A DNA stretch of 36,167 nt from NCBI GenBank assembly GCA_002633005.1, contig NMRA01000911.1, forward strand, positions 1 through 36,167. The letters are read 5' to 3'. Shown piece by piece: positions 1 to 11,454 of the stretch. A program made the translations under genes and the position numbers. This DNA is from Phoronis australis. Lineage: Eukaryota; Animalia; Phoronida. Positions within the stretch are counted from its first letter, which is position 1. The number at the start of each line of letters is the position of its first letter. The notes under the pieces are model-generated. The model saw nothing but the letters and a program-made list of their open reading frames with translations, was not told the origin of the DNA and ran no database searches.

Positions 1-1043
1 TGGCAAAAAGTTGTGTATTACAGAAACGACGCCACCTTCTAATGTGGATGGGTTTGAAGCATTCTGCGCCATCTAACCAGGGGTCAGTTTTAGGATACTA
101 AAATACCCTTAGAATCGCACCGTTTGCGGTGCTATCGAGGGCGCATTTTATCGCTCCTCGTTGCTCTCGTTTTATATTGTTTCAACATGAAATCTATATA
201 ATTACCTTGTGTTAGTAACGTATAAATAACCAATATACAACTGTCTGTACCTGGTTACTCGCGCAATTCGCTCCGATGCAACACATGTTCATTCGCAAAT
301 AGATGACTCCCATTGGAACAATTCGCACTACCACCTCACTAACAAGGAAGTAGACCTTGGCAGTAACACGTGCACTGTCGGAATTTGTTTGCCACGTCCG
401 AGTGAATGAATCTTCTAATGGCGTAGCTCTTGACATACATGTATACAAGGTAGGAGTAAACGTGTATGACTAATAATCGATATGCTTCATAACTTGCCAA
501 CATCTGATGCCATTGTCACGACTTGTTTGGGTACCATCTTTGACTTTCGTACTTCAGACGTTTGCGTACAGCGTACGTTTCATAAATACCTGATCAAACG
601 CCAACAGAATAATTGTTGCACAAGGCTTCCGTTTAAGTGACTTTCAGCAAGCATTTCGACACGAAAAATTGGTTTAGAACAGTACCGTCTCAAACAGTTT
701 CTGTAAGTGTTATGTCCGGGCTCAAAAAATGGCATGTCGTTGTTGCTTGCGACCAGGTTTTACAAGTTGACTTAATTGTTATGACATTAACATTTGTGCC
801 AATATACATGTACATCGAGCTGTCAGTGCTTCGCACGGTCAAAAATCACTCCTCGTTTGGGTAATTTCATAGCGATAAATGGTAAAAGGTTCCTTTTTTG
901 GACAGAACTTTGGTTTATAGAAGATTTAAAACAACACAAAATTCACCAGGTTCAGAAACTTTTGCTGAATTAAAATTTATGTTCCACCCGGAGATATCTG
1001 CACTAGACTGCAAATTGGAAAGCCTCAATTCAACACAACTGGG

Positions 1044-1309
1044 CCTGCGCGCACCCAGCCTTCGATTTCGGGGGCTCGAATTCCTGGCCATGTGGACCTT
1101 TTCTAACAAAATAGTCAGTCGGCTAAAAAAAGGAATAAAAACAACAGTAACACGATCGAAGCTGTACGTGCTGGGAATTGTGCGTTTGCACCTTTCTAGT
1201 GGACTTTTATCTCGTTCTCTAGGACTTTTTGTTTCTCTGAGGTGGACCTTTTTGTCCACTTCGCCAAATGGGGGAATGAACTATACGATCCCCCCTTGGT
1301 GCGCGCATG
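1044..1309 (+). mobile_element. MITE family A copy 1 (CA..TG-type termini, 5-bp TSD)
   Basis: TIR cctgcgcgcaccca / tggtgcgcgcatg; flanks ctggg / ctagg; internal ggacttttatctcgtt...ggtggacctttttgtccacttcgccaaatggggg shared with the other copies. Confidence 0.8.
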
Positions 1310-2583
1310 CTAGGGCTTGTTACGTCATCTGGAGTTCACTTCAGTCTGTCGAAAACTGGATGTTAAGAATGACATGATTTCAGTTTTTTCACATATAGAT
1401 CCCTGCAGTTGAGCACAAAAACTTGACTGTGTCTCGTATTTTTGGCCCTTTCGCTCCTGCTAAAAAGCAAGGTAGGCTAAATAAAGGGCAAAAACGCAAA
1501 TTGGCACGTTTAACCCAAAACTACCACTTCCCTGCCAAGGCACGACTACAGCCAACATCAAATTCTGAAAGCAAATTTCCTACCGATGCCGAAAATGTGG
1601 TCCACAAGTCCTGTCAACCGACCAGTTTTTTTGGTAAGTCCAGCTTGTTTGAGGGCTACCTGAAATCGCAGCCAATGTTTCAGTCGCTACCCAGCAATGC
1701 ATAATTGCTACCGGGGCCGCCATCTTGAAGAACAGTCATGCAGCTACATGTACAACCGAGCAAGTGGTCCTTTTCATACTTAAAGTGTTCACAAAGGGCA
1801 AATACTAACAAACCCTATTCAATGAGCCTACATGCAATGCCTATCTACAAAATGCCCCCAAGCTTGGCCTACCCCTAACTTTTAATATTTTGGGAGTGCA
1901 AATTGGCCGTGGTAGCAACCCAACTGTTCAGTGCCACCTTCCAAATTCCGGCCGGATATTACGTGTACTGCATATCCCCACGTCACGAGAGGTACGTGCA
2001 TAAGGGAAGTTTCTGCTAGGAGTAACGACTCGGCATCTACCAGATACATCACGACTCACAGACACTGTTGAGCCACAAAAAGTACTTTTATGAATTACCC
2101 TGTGCCATAATAATTCAACGAGTGTCATTTGCATGGCATTTGCGGTCCAAAATGTGTCCCTATACACAAGAAATTACCAGCCAAGACAAGCCTAGTCTCC
2201 TGCAATAAACACGTCTAATTTGACAAACCGACAATTTGATGGCCGGAGGACGCGTTTACAACCAATTTATGTAACTCAAGACCACAATGAAGTGCCCATT
2301 AATAATAAAATACACGACAAAAGTAATTAGACAAATATACACTTTGTTACATCTAATTTTGTCTACAACAAAAATGACTGGTAATAGCGATTAGGATGAC
2401 ACAATTCTAATACAGAATGACTAAGCCACCTTTCATAAAATTTAAAATCAACTCGCCTTCATTTTCGGCCACGAGGGGAGATTATTCCGACGTTGAATTC
2501 GGCTTCCGCCCTGCCGTCGATATGACGGTGAAATCTACTAGGTCATTAGGTCCGAGTACATTTTGGTTGGAGCTTGTAGAAAA

Positions 2584-2802
2584 CATGCGCACACCCAGTC
2601 TAAAATATAGGGAGATGCTCGAATTTTTGAGAATTTTGATATCTTACTAAAAAACGGGTTTCGCAGAATGCCTGCCATTTAAGTGAACTTTTGTCTCGTT
2701 TTCTCGTACTTTTTGTTTCTCAGAGGCGGACCTTTTTGCCCACTTCGCCAAATGGGGGGCTCGTTTGAGCCACCCGAGCCCCCCTCCCTGGATGCGCGCA
2801 TG
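2584..2802 (+). mobile_element. MITE family A copy 2
   Basis: catgcgcacacccag...ctggatgcgcgcatg with a perfect 5-bp TSD gaaaa/gaaaa. Confidence 0.85.
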
Positions 2803-3497
2803 GAAAAGAAACTGCTTTCCATCAGCTCATCCTGGTCAGAGAGGACAAAACGAGGAAAAATGTTGAGGTAGTGGTCAAGGAAAGCAACCCCAGTTGTCGT
2901 GAGTTCTGAGGTAATGGTAATCAGTCTACGTATGACCATTATTGGCGTTTATCGGAGCCATATACAAAATGCTGACATCGGAACGGCGGAAATCGAAGCG
3001 GGAGAACGTAGAGACAGGGAATCAAAGAAACGGGGGAGCATATTAATAATTGATGACTTTGTCGTGCCGAACGTCCAAGTTTGAACATTTTTAACACTCG
3101 CAAAAAATTGTATTTCTTCGCCAAGTCGTATTTTTTGCAAAATTGTTACAAATGAAATCAGAAAATGCTACATATTTAAAAATGAAACAAAACACTCGTT
3201 CGGTTATGAGTGTCTCATTCCCCCCTCTAAAAGTGAACCAGTCGTTATACAGATGTAACCAAAGAGTTGCAGGCGCAAAAGATCTAAAGCATAGACATCA
3301 CATAGACCGAGCGCGCACCACTCAGATACGTGCAGTTCGCATTAAGAGTGAAGTACGGCTCACAGCAGGCAAAAATGCCCAGAGGGGTGATAAACCCAAT
3401 GTCACCGAATTGAACCATACTATGCATTTTAGTTACCATTGGGATGATAAACAAAACAGTAAAGTCCAATCTCATTTTACCTTGTTTAAGGGGGAGA

Positions 3498-3852
3498 AAT
3501 CAGGGAGCCTCTATTTTGGGGGTATGACATGCAATGAACTCGCCGAAAATGCCTTATTTGCACTGCACAATAAAAAAATATCGGCGCACGAGATCATTAT
3601 TTGTTTGTAATTTTCAAATAAAGCAAGTCTTTGGCTTTACAAAGATGTTAAGCAATACTCATTAACTCTGCCGCTAATCAGGGAGCCTCTATTTTGGGGG
3701 TATGCCATGCAATGAACTCGCCGAAAATGCCTTATTTGCACTGCACAATAAAAAGTATCGGCGCACGAGATCATTAATTGTTTGTAATGTTTAAATAAAG
3801 CAAGTCTTCGACTTTATAAAGATGTTAAACAATACTCATTTACTCTGCCGCT
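3498..3852. repeat. 178-bp tandem duplication (2 copies) inside the left Sola3-like terminus
   Basis: aatcagggagcctctattttgggggtatg...actctgccgct starts at 3498 and again at 3676, with scattered substitutions. Confidence 0.92.
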
Positions 3853-4317
3853 AAGTTAAAAATTTCAGGCATAAAGTATAGAGGGGTCAGAGGTTAACAA
3901 GGCATTGCAATTTCGCCAAACTTTGAGTCCGTATATCTCAGCTGGCACAACACCGATCAACACCAGACTTTTACACAAGACGTTTCTATCTTATTGCTGT
4001 TGATTAATAAAATAAAATTTTCTGGCGCTGAACATTTTTCTGTACAAATTACAAGATTGCGACAACCACCTGAGTAGAAATTACCTTCAATACCGATACC
4101 TGTTTGGAACATTACAACACCAGTAAAGTGCATAGTTTTGATTCAAAAGTTGATTTATTAAGTGTCATTAAGTCAGGCGCAATTGTTTAAGGTATTTTTC
4201 CTTTTTAATTAAAATTCCGCGTTTTTCGTGAACCCAGTGTCCAACAACAGGTGTCGCTTTAGTGGTGGCAAAATGGTTCCGGTTGGCGAATCCTGACTTG
4301 CTGTGTTATCTGCTGGT

Positions 4318-4587
4318 ATGATGGAGTGTGACGAAGTGTATGGAACCTCAAAAGAATGTCCTCTGCACACGTGTGAAATCTTGATGCGGCATAAAGTGAG
4401 TAGCAAACCACCGCACATACAGACTGTGCGGCAACTGATTTTGGCGAGAGTCGGACAATTTACACACACTGTATGCGTGTTCACCGGACCCGTGTCACGC
4501 CTGTGTGACGTCGTCCAAGGCAAGGGCAAGACACCGGGCTCATCTTGGAATTCTGTGGAAACCATGTAGACTCTGCAAACACCCATT
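4318..4587 (+). pseudogene. N-terminal Cys/His-rich fragment of a Sola3-like transposase, frameshifted and cut at an N join
   Basis: MECDEVYG...CPLHTCE...LILARVGQF, then in another frame RHRAHLGILWKPCRLCKHP; resembles the recalled N-terminal pattern LIL.R.G.F...HR..LG..W...C.HP. Confidence 0.5.
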
Positions 4588-5030
4588 NGTTCGTAGCAGA
4601 TAACGACTCAACTGTCTCACAGTAGCGTACAGAATTGCCCTGGGAAGAAATTTCACGCTCTCAATACCGGATGCCAACCTGGCCAATCTGCGCATGCGCA
4701 AAGTCGGATTGGGAAGAAATTTCACGGGGAAGAAATTTCACGCGACACCGGTCGTCGACCAATTTCCGACCGGTCGGCCAAAAATTCGTGATGTGTGCTG
4801 TAAGTTACTGGTCCCTCCTTTCAGGAAGATCACAAACTGTGTGACCATGCATGTACCACAAAAATGTAACAACAGTACTTGTTTTTGAACATGTAGTATA
4901 GATAGAGCTTTTTATTTTACACACTGGTGAAATTTAGTAGTCCTATGCCTGCATCGCTGTAAACAACTGATTAACAGTCTTGTGTTCCTTAGGGCAAATC
5001 AGTGATATACCTGCCCCGCCTGTCGCCGTT

Positions 5031-5342
5031 GTTGGAGTCTAGGCTAGACTAGAGCTATTCAGTCCACTTACTAGTAGCGTCTTGTGTTAGTTGTAAGTTT
5101 AGTCTGAGATCATTATGTGCACCTAGTGACCTGTACTTGTTGCAAGCGGAAAATGCAATATCTCATTGACTTTCACTTTTCAACAACNGTTGGAGTCTAG
5201 GCTAGCCTAGAGCTATTCAGTCCACTTAGTAGTAGCGTCTTGTGTTAGTTGTAAGTTTAGTCTGAAATTATGTGCACCTAGTGACCTGTACTTGTTGCAA
5301 GCGGAAAATGCAATGTCTCATTGACTTTCACTTTTCAACAAC
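5031..5342. repeat. About 157-bp duplication around a single N (5188); likely haplotype-overlap assembly artifact
   Basis: 5031-5187 and 5189-5342 are near-identical, with a few SNPs and one small indel, and are separated exactly by N. Confidence 0.85.
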
Positions 5343-5827
5343 CGATATTGTTGTTATGCGTCTTCTTTTTAGTTCATTACAGGAAATATTTTTTCTATAG
5401 ATATATTGATGAATGCTGTAGTTATAGCATTATAAATTCCAATTTGAACTGACAACCTGCATGCTGGAATTTCTTTGTACTTTAGCTGTCAGTGAATTAT
5501 GTAATTCTGGAAATCATAGCGTGTCGTTATGTTTTATGAGTGCCACTATGTTGACATTTGTTGTCTGGATATGACATTCATTTGATGTCCAAAGGAATCC
5601 AATCAAAGTGGCAAAAATAAATCAAGTGCCCACAGTGTTTTTTCTTGTTGTACTTATGGTCGTTTACATATTACACTCCATGGGTCAATTGAATTATCTC
5701 AGCTAAAATCTTTGGATCACTCAGCGGCAGTCACACCTGTGTAGTAGCTGGGCTCTGCAAAGTTCTGCAAAAAGTGTATAATTCAAGAGTGTTACAACCT
5801 GCCTGTCATTTTTCAGAATGTAGAGCA

Positions 5828-5997
5828 ACAAAGCAGACCCCGCAAAAACTGCAGAGGCGATGAAGTCGGATGAGCAGTTTCGGGAGGAAGGCTGGCTGAC
5901 ACTACAACAGGATAAAGGTTTCTTTTCACGCTTGGCTGCCTTGAACTGCGCTGGAAAATGGTCAAATGAGGGAGATAATGAACTTGACAGTCAGTGA
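5828..5997 (+). pseudogene. C-terminal fragment of a Sola3-like transposase
   Basis: Translates NKADPAKTAEAMKSDEQFREEGWLTLQQDKGFFSRLAA...*, matching the recalled C-terminal motif KADP....M.....F....WLT..QI..FFSRL. Confidence 0.55.
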
Positions 5998-6310
5998 TGT
6001 CCAGTAATACTCCGGATTTCATCTTTGTTCGAACATTATACAATCTTTTAGGTTGTCTGAGTGATTTAACCAGTTGTTATTGATGTGATATTGTAGAAAC
6101 TGAGATAAATGCAAAATGCATTATAGCAACACTTGCTGTGATTTTGTCAGTAAAAATTAGGATGTTTAGTTAGTGTTCTGGTTGAAACTTTGCTGTCCAA
6201 TTTATTTAAAGATGCTGGTATTTCAGTTTCATCTTTCAAATTCATATTACACTCAGTCTCTCTTAACTAAAAAGTGAAGCCTCAGGAAGGGTAGTGACTT
6301 AGGCATACTT

Positions 6311-6860
6311 GAACCAATTCACTGGCATTTAGATCAGAGAACACATTTGCATATCTCGTTTTTCCATGCTACTTTGTACCACTTAACTGGATGACCAGTG
6401 TTAAACCAGATTACAGTCACATTAAATATCATTTTGACTTTAATCTGTTCCAACATTGTTTTTGCAGAATGAGAGTTATTTATACGGTATGTGATGATGA
6501 GTTAAGGGAGGTGCCGAGGTCACCTGTATTCTGAATTGTTAACATCAGGAGTGTCCTGTTAGAGCCAATTCACTGGTATTTAGATCTTTTAACACATTTC
6601 GACATCTCGTGTTTTCCATGGTAGTTTGTATAAATTAACCAGGCAATGAGTGTTAAACCAGATTCTGGTCGCATTAAATGTCACTTTTTACTTTAAAGTG
6701 GTCCAACATTGTATACACAGACTGGGGAGTTACGTGTACCGTATGGGATGAGGAGGTACATGTAAGCGAGATCACCTGTATTTTGAACAACTAACATAGG
6801 AGTCTTCTATTTGAGTCAGTCCATTAGCACTTAGATCAAATACCACATCTAGATATCTCT
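6311..6860. repeat. Diverged 251-bp tandem repeat, about 2.2 copies
   Basis: Anchor ttagatc at 6329, 6580 and 6831 (period 251); shared ccaattcactgg.attt, tgttaaaccagatt, ccaacattgt and tcacctgtatt. Confidence 0.8.
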
Positions 6861-8615
6861 GATGTGATTTTGCCTTAGAAAGTTGGTAGTCTTGCTATTA
6901 AAGCACCTCGAAGACTAATTAGCAGTTAGAACCCAATGTGCATGAAGTTATATTTTTAACTGAGTTTCAAAGTTTATATACTGTATATTGTTTGTCTGCT
7001 GAGAAGTCATGGAAAAACATGAGCTACAATACAATACTTGTCGTGTACTCATGGACTTTATACTGAAAGCAGCCTTTATCATCCTCACTTCTTTCACATG
7101 ACCTCTGCAGTGGATCATGCTTCCAACATGAGGCATTTATATAGTCAAGTAATAGCTGATCACCTGGAACAGGATACATGTACCTTTGCCCTCTGGAGGA
7201 CAGGGATGTAATATGAATTCACTCTTTAGACTTCTCACAACTAGTCACACACACTTATTCAAGTACGTTCCTTTGTGCCTCCCACTGCTCAGGTGAAATA
7301 TCTTCTCACTGGTAGCTGGTTCCATGTTGTCAGCCCCCATTGCTACTCGAAAGTGTCCCATTTTTCACTTGTGTCAATCACAGCAAAATGCGCGCAGATA
7401 ACAAAATAACATTAGCCAGCCATACCACTTCAAAAGTGAAGTTATTGTGACATTGGCGGCTATATAACGTCCACGGAATGACTCTGACCAGTGGTTTTGC
7501 ATTTGCCTTGCCTGTAATTGCCAATGAATCTTTCACCTTGACACTGTCCTCCGCTTTCAACGCCCTGCATCAAAACCACTTGAAGATTCTTAAAGAAATG
7601 TTTGCTCAGACACACTCCACAGCTAACCCACAGTAAGCATCTTTGTAAACGGGCCAATCACAGATAAAGCCATAAATAAATGATCTTGTTCATACAACAC
7701 CGTAAGATTTGGAACGTCGCAAGTGGGGAGAGGGCAACACAATTTTTGAAGGAAAATGTTATGAAAATGATTTGTCGGCGTTTTTTTTTTTTTTTAGCCG
7801 TGCAAATAAGATTGCTGAGCTTTGTAAAACCAGTGAGATTTTAATTTCGACTCTCGCAAAAGGTGTCCTGCCAAAACTACTGCTATTTGCGTAGTAAGTA
7901 TCCTAATTCCATGACTACGAGCACTTTTTAGAAATAAAGTAGTGTACCCTCGGTGCCTAGAAAATACGAAATTTGATGAATGATAAATTGATTAGCCGTT
8001 TGCTGGCCAACTATTAACAAATGTTCACTTTTTGTTGACGTTTGTCGGCATTACTCATTGTGGTGAAATGGCGTAACCACCAGTCATTTTTGACTTCAAA
8101 TGATATGAAATCCGTTCGCGCCAGGAAATTTTTTTGTCTTATTTTGTAGACCTAAAATAGCTCAACACATTGGTTGGCACTAAAATTTTCTGAAACCTGT
8201 GCCAGCTGAGATATCGGGATACGAATTTAGCCAATTTTGACAGTTTCCAAAATCACTAAAAGTACTCATCTTATGCGGCTCTAAAAACAGACAAAAAATT
8301 ATCGAAATCTTTTAAATTTTCATGAATAAAGTAGACGAAGGTCACACCTGATCAATAACACAGGTTCAATATTTCAACGTTACTTCCACTGCGTAACGTA
8401 ACTGTCGGAATTTTACTAAAACTTAACTGCCGCCAGGCTGAAAACTTGTCGGAAACAAATAGTATCCATGGAAACCAAAAGGAGGCGTTTTGAAAAAAAA
8501 TAAAGGTGGTCTGGAGTCAGTGGGGCCAGTGTCATATCACAGACAAAATATAAAGAGAATCTGTGACATAGCGTTTATCACCCTCTGCCTGGTCCATTCG
8601 CGAACATGCTCTTAA

Positions 8616-10765
8616 TATGGTTGTCAACAAATTTGGATAGCATTATAAAAGAAACCAAAGGAAATGTTGACAGGCAAAAAATTCTATAGTTAAAATAACC
8701 AAGAAGCTAGAAAAACTCAATGGGGGTACTGTTGTTCTACCGAAGAGGCAGTGTGGCCTAGTTGATAAGTGCCCGCTTTCTTTACTCGAGGTCGGGGGTT
8801 CGAGTACCAGTAAGTCACATTGCGAAACTCTGAGCCAGGTTTCTAGCTTCTCAGCTCGGTTTTAACAATAATTGATAAAGCATAGAAATGGTTCGAGGTG
8901 ATCAGTGCAATGGGCCCACGTGCGAGGCCTGCGCACGTCTGGTACAACGTGTATCAGACCACCTCCAATTATTTTTGATATTATTATTGTCTTACCGCGA
9001 GAGCGTATGACGTATGTTAATATCTCGGACTATGATTTGTCTATAGACCAGCATGCGTTTTTGACCTTAGGTGTGAATTTCCATCTGAAACCTAACTTTG
9101 ATTACTATAGGAAATGTTTCGAACTTGAACATTTCTTACAAGATATAGAAAAGCTAGGATTAAGTTTGTTACGTAATCCGAATCTATGTGATCAGTGAGA
9201 AGACTGAAAACAGATCAAAAAAGCCATATTGTCATGCAGCAAAGGTTGAGGAATGCAGAGCAAAGAATTGTCTCAGGATGAAACTATGATCACTCGGGGA
9301 TCTAATAAATGTAATGTGTATGTTTTCATGAACAAAAATGACTACCATCGAAAACTATATAAAATTCCTGAAAACCAGTTCATACCTGTAAATAAAATCC
9401 TAGCTCAGTGATCTAATAAAACTGGCTAATGTTCAACACAAATATTTTAGTGCTCAAAAGGATGATTACTCCGAAGGATATTTGTTTGGAAACCCGAAGA
9501 CGCACAAAATCGGCTTCCCTGTGAGACCCATTATTTCCCAAGTATTCGCCCCCACATATAGTACTTCTAAAGTCTTGGATAAATTGATTAGGAGAAATCT
9601 CCCATATTGTAAGATCTCGTATTGAATTCTTTGACTTATTGAGATCACGTTCACTATGCCAAAGTGTTAAGCCAGTATCTCTTGATGTTGAGAGTCTTTT
9701 ACTAATGTCCCTTAAGTGAGATTGTGGAAGTTATTATTGGTCATGCTTACAACGGAGAGTCCTTAGCGCCACCTGAAATACCAAGATCTGTTTTGGGTGA
9801 TGTTAGGTCCAGTTTTTGTGGAAATCGATGTTTGACCTCGAACAAATAGTCATAAACAATTTTTCTGATAAGCCAGTAATGTAATGCAGATTCCTAGATG
9901 ACACCTTTACGCTCACTAGCGAAAAACCATATGTTTGAGATAAAACAGCTGTATGTCAGTTCTTAAGTTCACCTGTAAATTAAGCGTTTCGGGCATGTTG
10001 ACATTTCTTGAAGTAAACTCGAGTGACAATAACGAAATACCTACCACTATTTATCGCAAACCTGCAAACGTAGGTGTTTGCCTAAATGAGCGAGTGAATC
10101 CAGACCATTATAAAGTTTCTGTTCTTTATGATTTTCTGTACATGTATAGAGGAATGTTAGCATGTAATAGCTTGCAAATCAAACAAATTGTGATTAATAA
10201 TGGATCATCATCAAGTTTTATGACAATCATGTTAAAACCTTTGTAAATCGCTACATCCGATAAAACTCACGCACTCTACAACAAAAATCAGTTTACCTCT
10301 AATTACAAACAAGTTGAAAATGTCTTCGGAAAATTGATCAGAATACACTAAGGACTGTAGCTGCAGCTGACTGACTAAAACTTATTATTTATTACCAGAA
10401 TAAGAAAACAACGAAGCCACTAAAAACGTCACAACTTTGGCTAAGTGTAATTTCTATCAGTTTACTTGGCCCATGTAAGTCTGAATGTATCCAACGTAAC
10501 GATAAACCAAATTATGTTGGTCTTACCACCTGTGCGTTGTGTGTAAGGCTCTAGTGTCACCTTCAAAATGGTTCTATTAAAAAACATACAATTACATATC
10601 ACGGTCGCAAACTCACACGCACTGAAATTGTTGACAGCACAAAAATAAGATATTTCAAATCTGACCGTTATCGCTTTAAGATCTTCGAGGCTCTGTTAAT
10701 TAAACCTCAGCATCCCTTAATAAATTTCCAAGACACTGGTAATACTAGGATCCTTAAGTTACATG
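8616..10765 (+). mobile_element. Decayed Penelope-like retroelement (RT + GIY-YIG endonuclease)
   Basis: Colinear fragments with stops and frameshifts: KKLEKLNGG..LP/YVNISDYDLS...FLTLG, GYLFGNPKTHK..PVRPIISQ..APTY, SLDVESLFTNVP, RFLDDTF, LKFT...FLEV...TTIYRKP, and endonuclease YQF...YVGLTT...RL..HLQNGSIKKH...IFEALLIK..HPLINFQ. Confidence 0.9.
8743..8986 (+). mobile_element. tRNA-derived SINE inserted into the Penelope ORF
   Basis: A-box-like tggcctagttga, B-box-like ggttcgagtacc and an (ATT)n tail; flanked by near-identical 11-mers ttgttctaccg (8732-8742) and ttgtcttaccg (8987-8997). The Penelope reading frame resumes across it (VVLP|RERMTYVNISD). Confidence 0.75.
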
Positions 10766-11454
10766 CATTTTAGTGTCGTCTGCTGTTCGGTAGGTGTCCT
10801 TGTTGTATTCTTTGGGTTTCACAGTGTGTTCTTATTTCTTGGAAAACCATTGTGTAACTTTTGTGTTGCTTTCTCACCTTTGCCTTCCTGGTGGGCTTTG
10901 TTGCCTTTCCTATCATTTTTGTCACTTTTTAGAAGACCAAGGGGGGTCGAATGTCAGAGTAAAAATGACCCATCTGATTGTTTTAGCAAACTGTCTCTTT
11001 TTGGTGCTATTTATGTGTGTTGGACGTGTCATGTTTCAATGAGACAGCAACACTAGACGTGGTGAGAAGTTATTGCTGAAAGGTAGAAGTGCGAAAAATG
11101 TTTGGCGCTTAACGAGGCATATTTTCAGCAGTGAATAATTACAAAGAAATTGGGGAGAATAGAGCTTTGAATTTATTAAAAGTGACTACTGTTTAAAACA
11201 GTAACCGCTAAAACTTAAATACACAGGCTGTCTTATTCAGTTTAGGGATTTATGAGAAGGCATCTCCAAATCCTTGAATAGGGCAACCTCAATTTTCACA
11301 AATGCTTTGAATAACATGTTATTTTTAGGTATGTAAGTGAGCGCAAGAAAGAAATCCGCTACCTTTTTATAAATACCCCCTTGGTTACATCAGTCAAAGG
11401 CATTATATTGATATCAGCACTGTTCTCTTCTTTGCCACGTGACGTGGCTCCAAT

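Larger units (their letters stand above)
3346..8611 (+). mobile_element. Probable Sola3-type DNA transposon relic (or two related half-elements) with long diverged inverted termini
   Basis: TTAA|GAG at 3342-3348 and CTC|TTAA at 8609-8615. The ends share inverted blocks (cagagg(g)gtgataaac.c.atgtcac.ga; tatctcagctggcaca; aaaattt.ctggcgc.gaac). Transposase-like fragments lie inside on +. GAG termini with a TTAA TSD and long TIRs are the recalled Sola3 hallmarks. Confidence 0.6.

Noticed and set aside
898-1377. 159-aa ORF with similar ORFs at 2683, 13763 and 19571 suggesting a gene family
   Set aside because: The similarity comes from shared MITE family A sequence; frames and lengths are not conserved.
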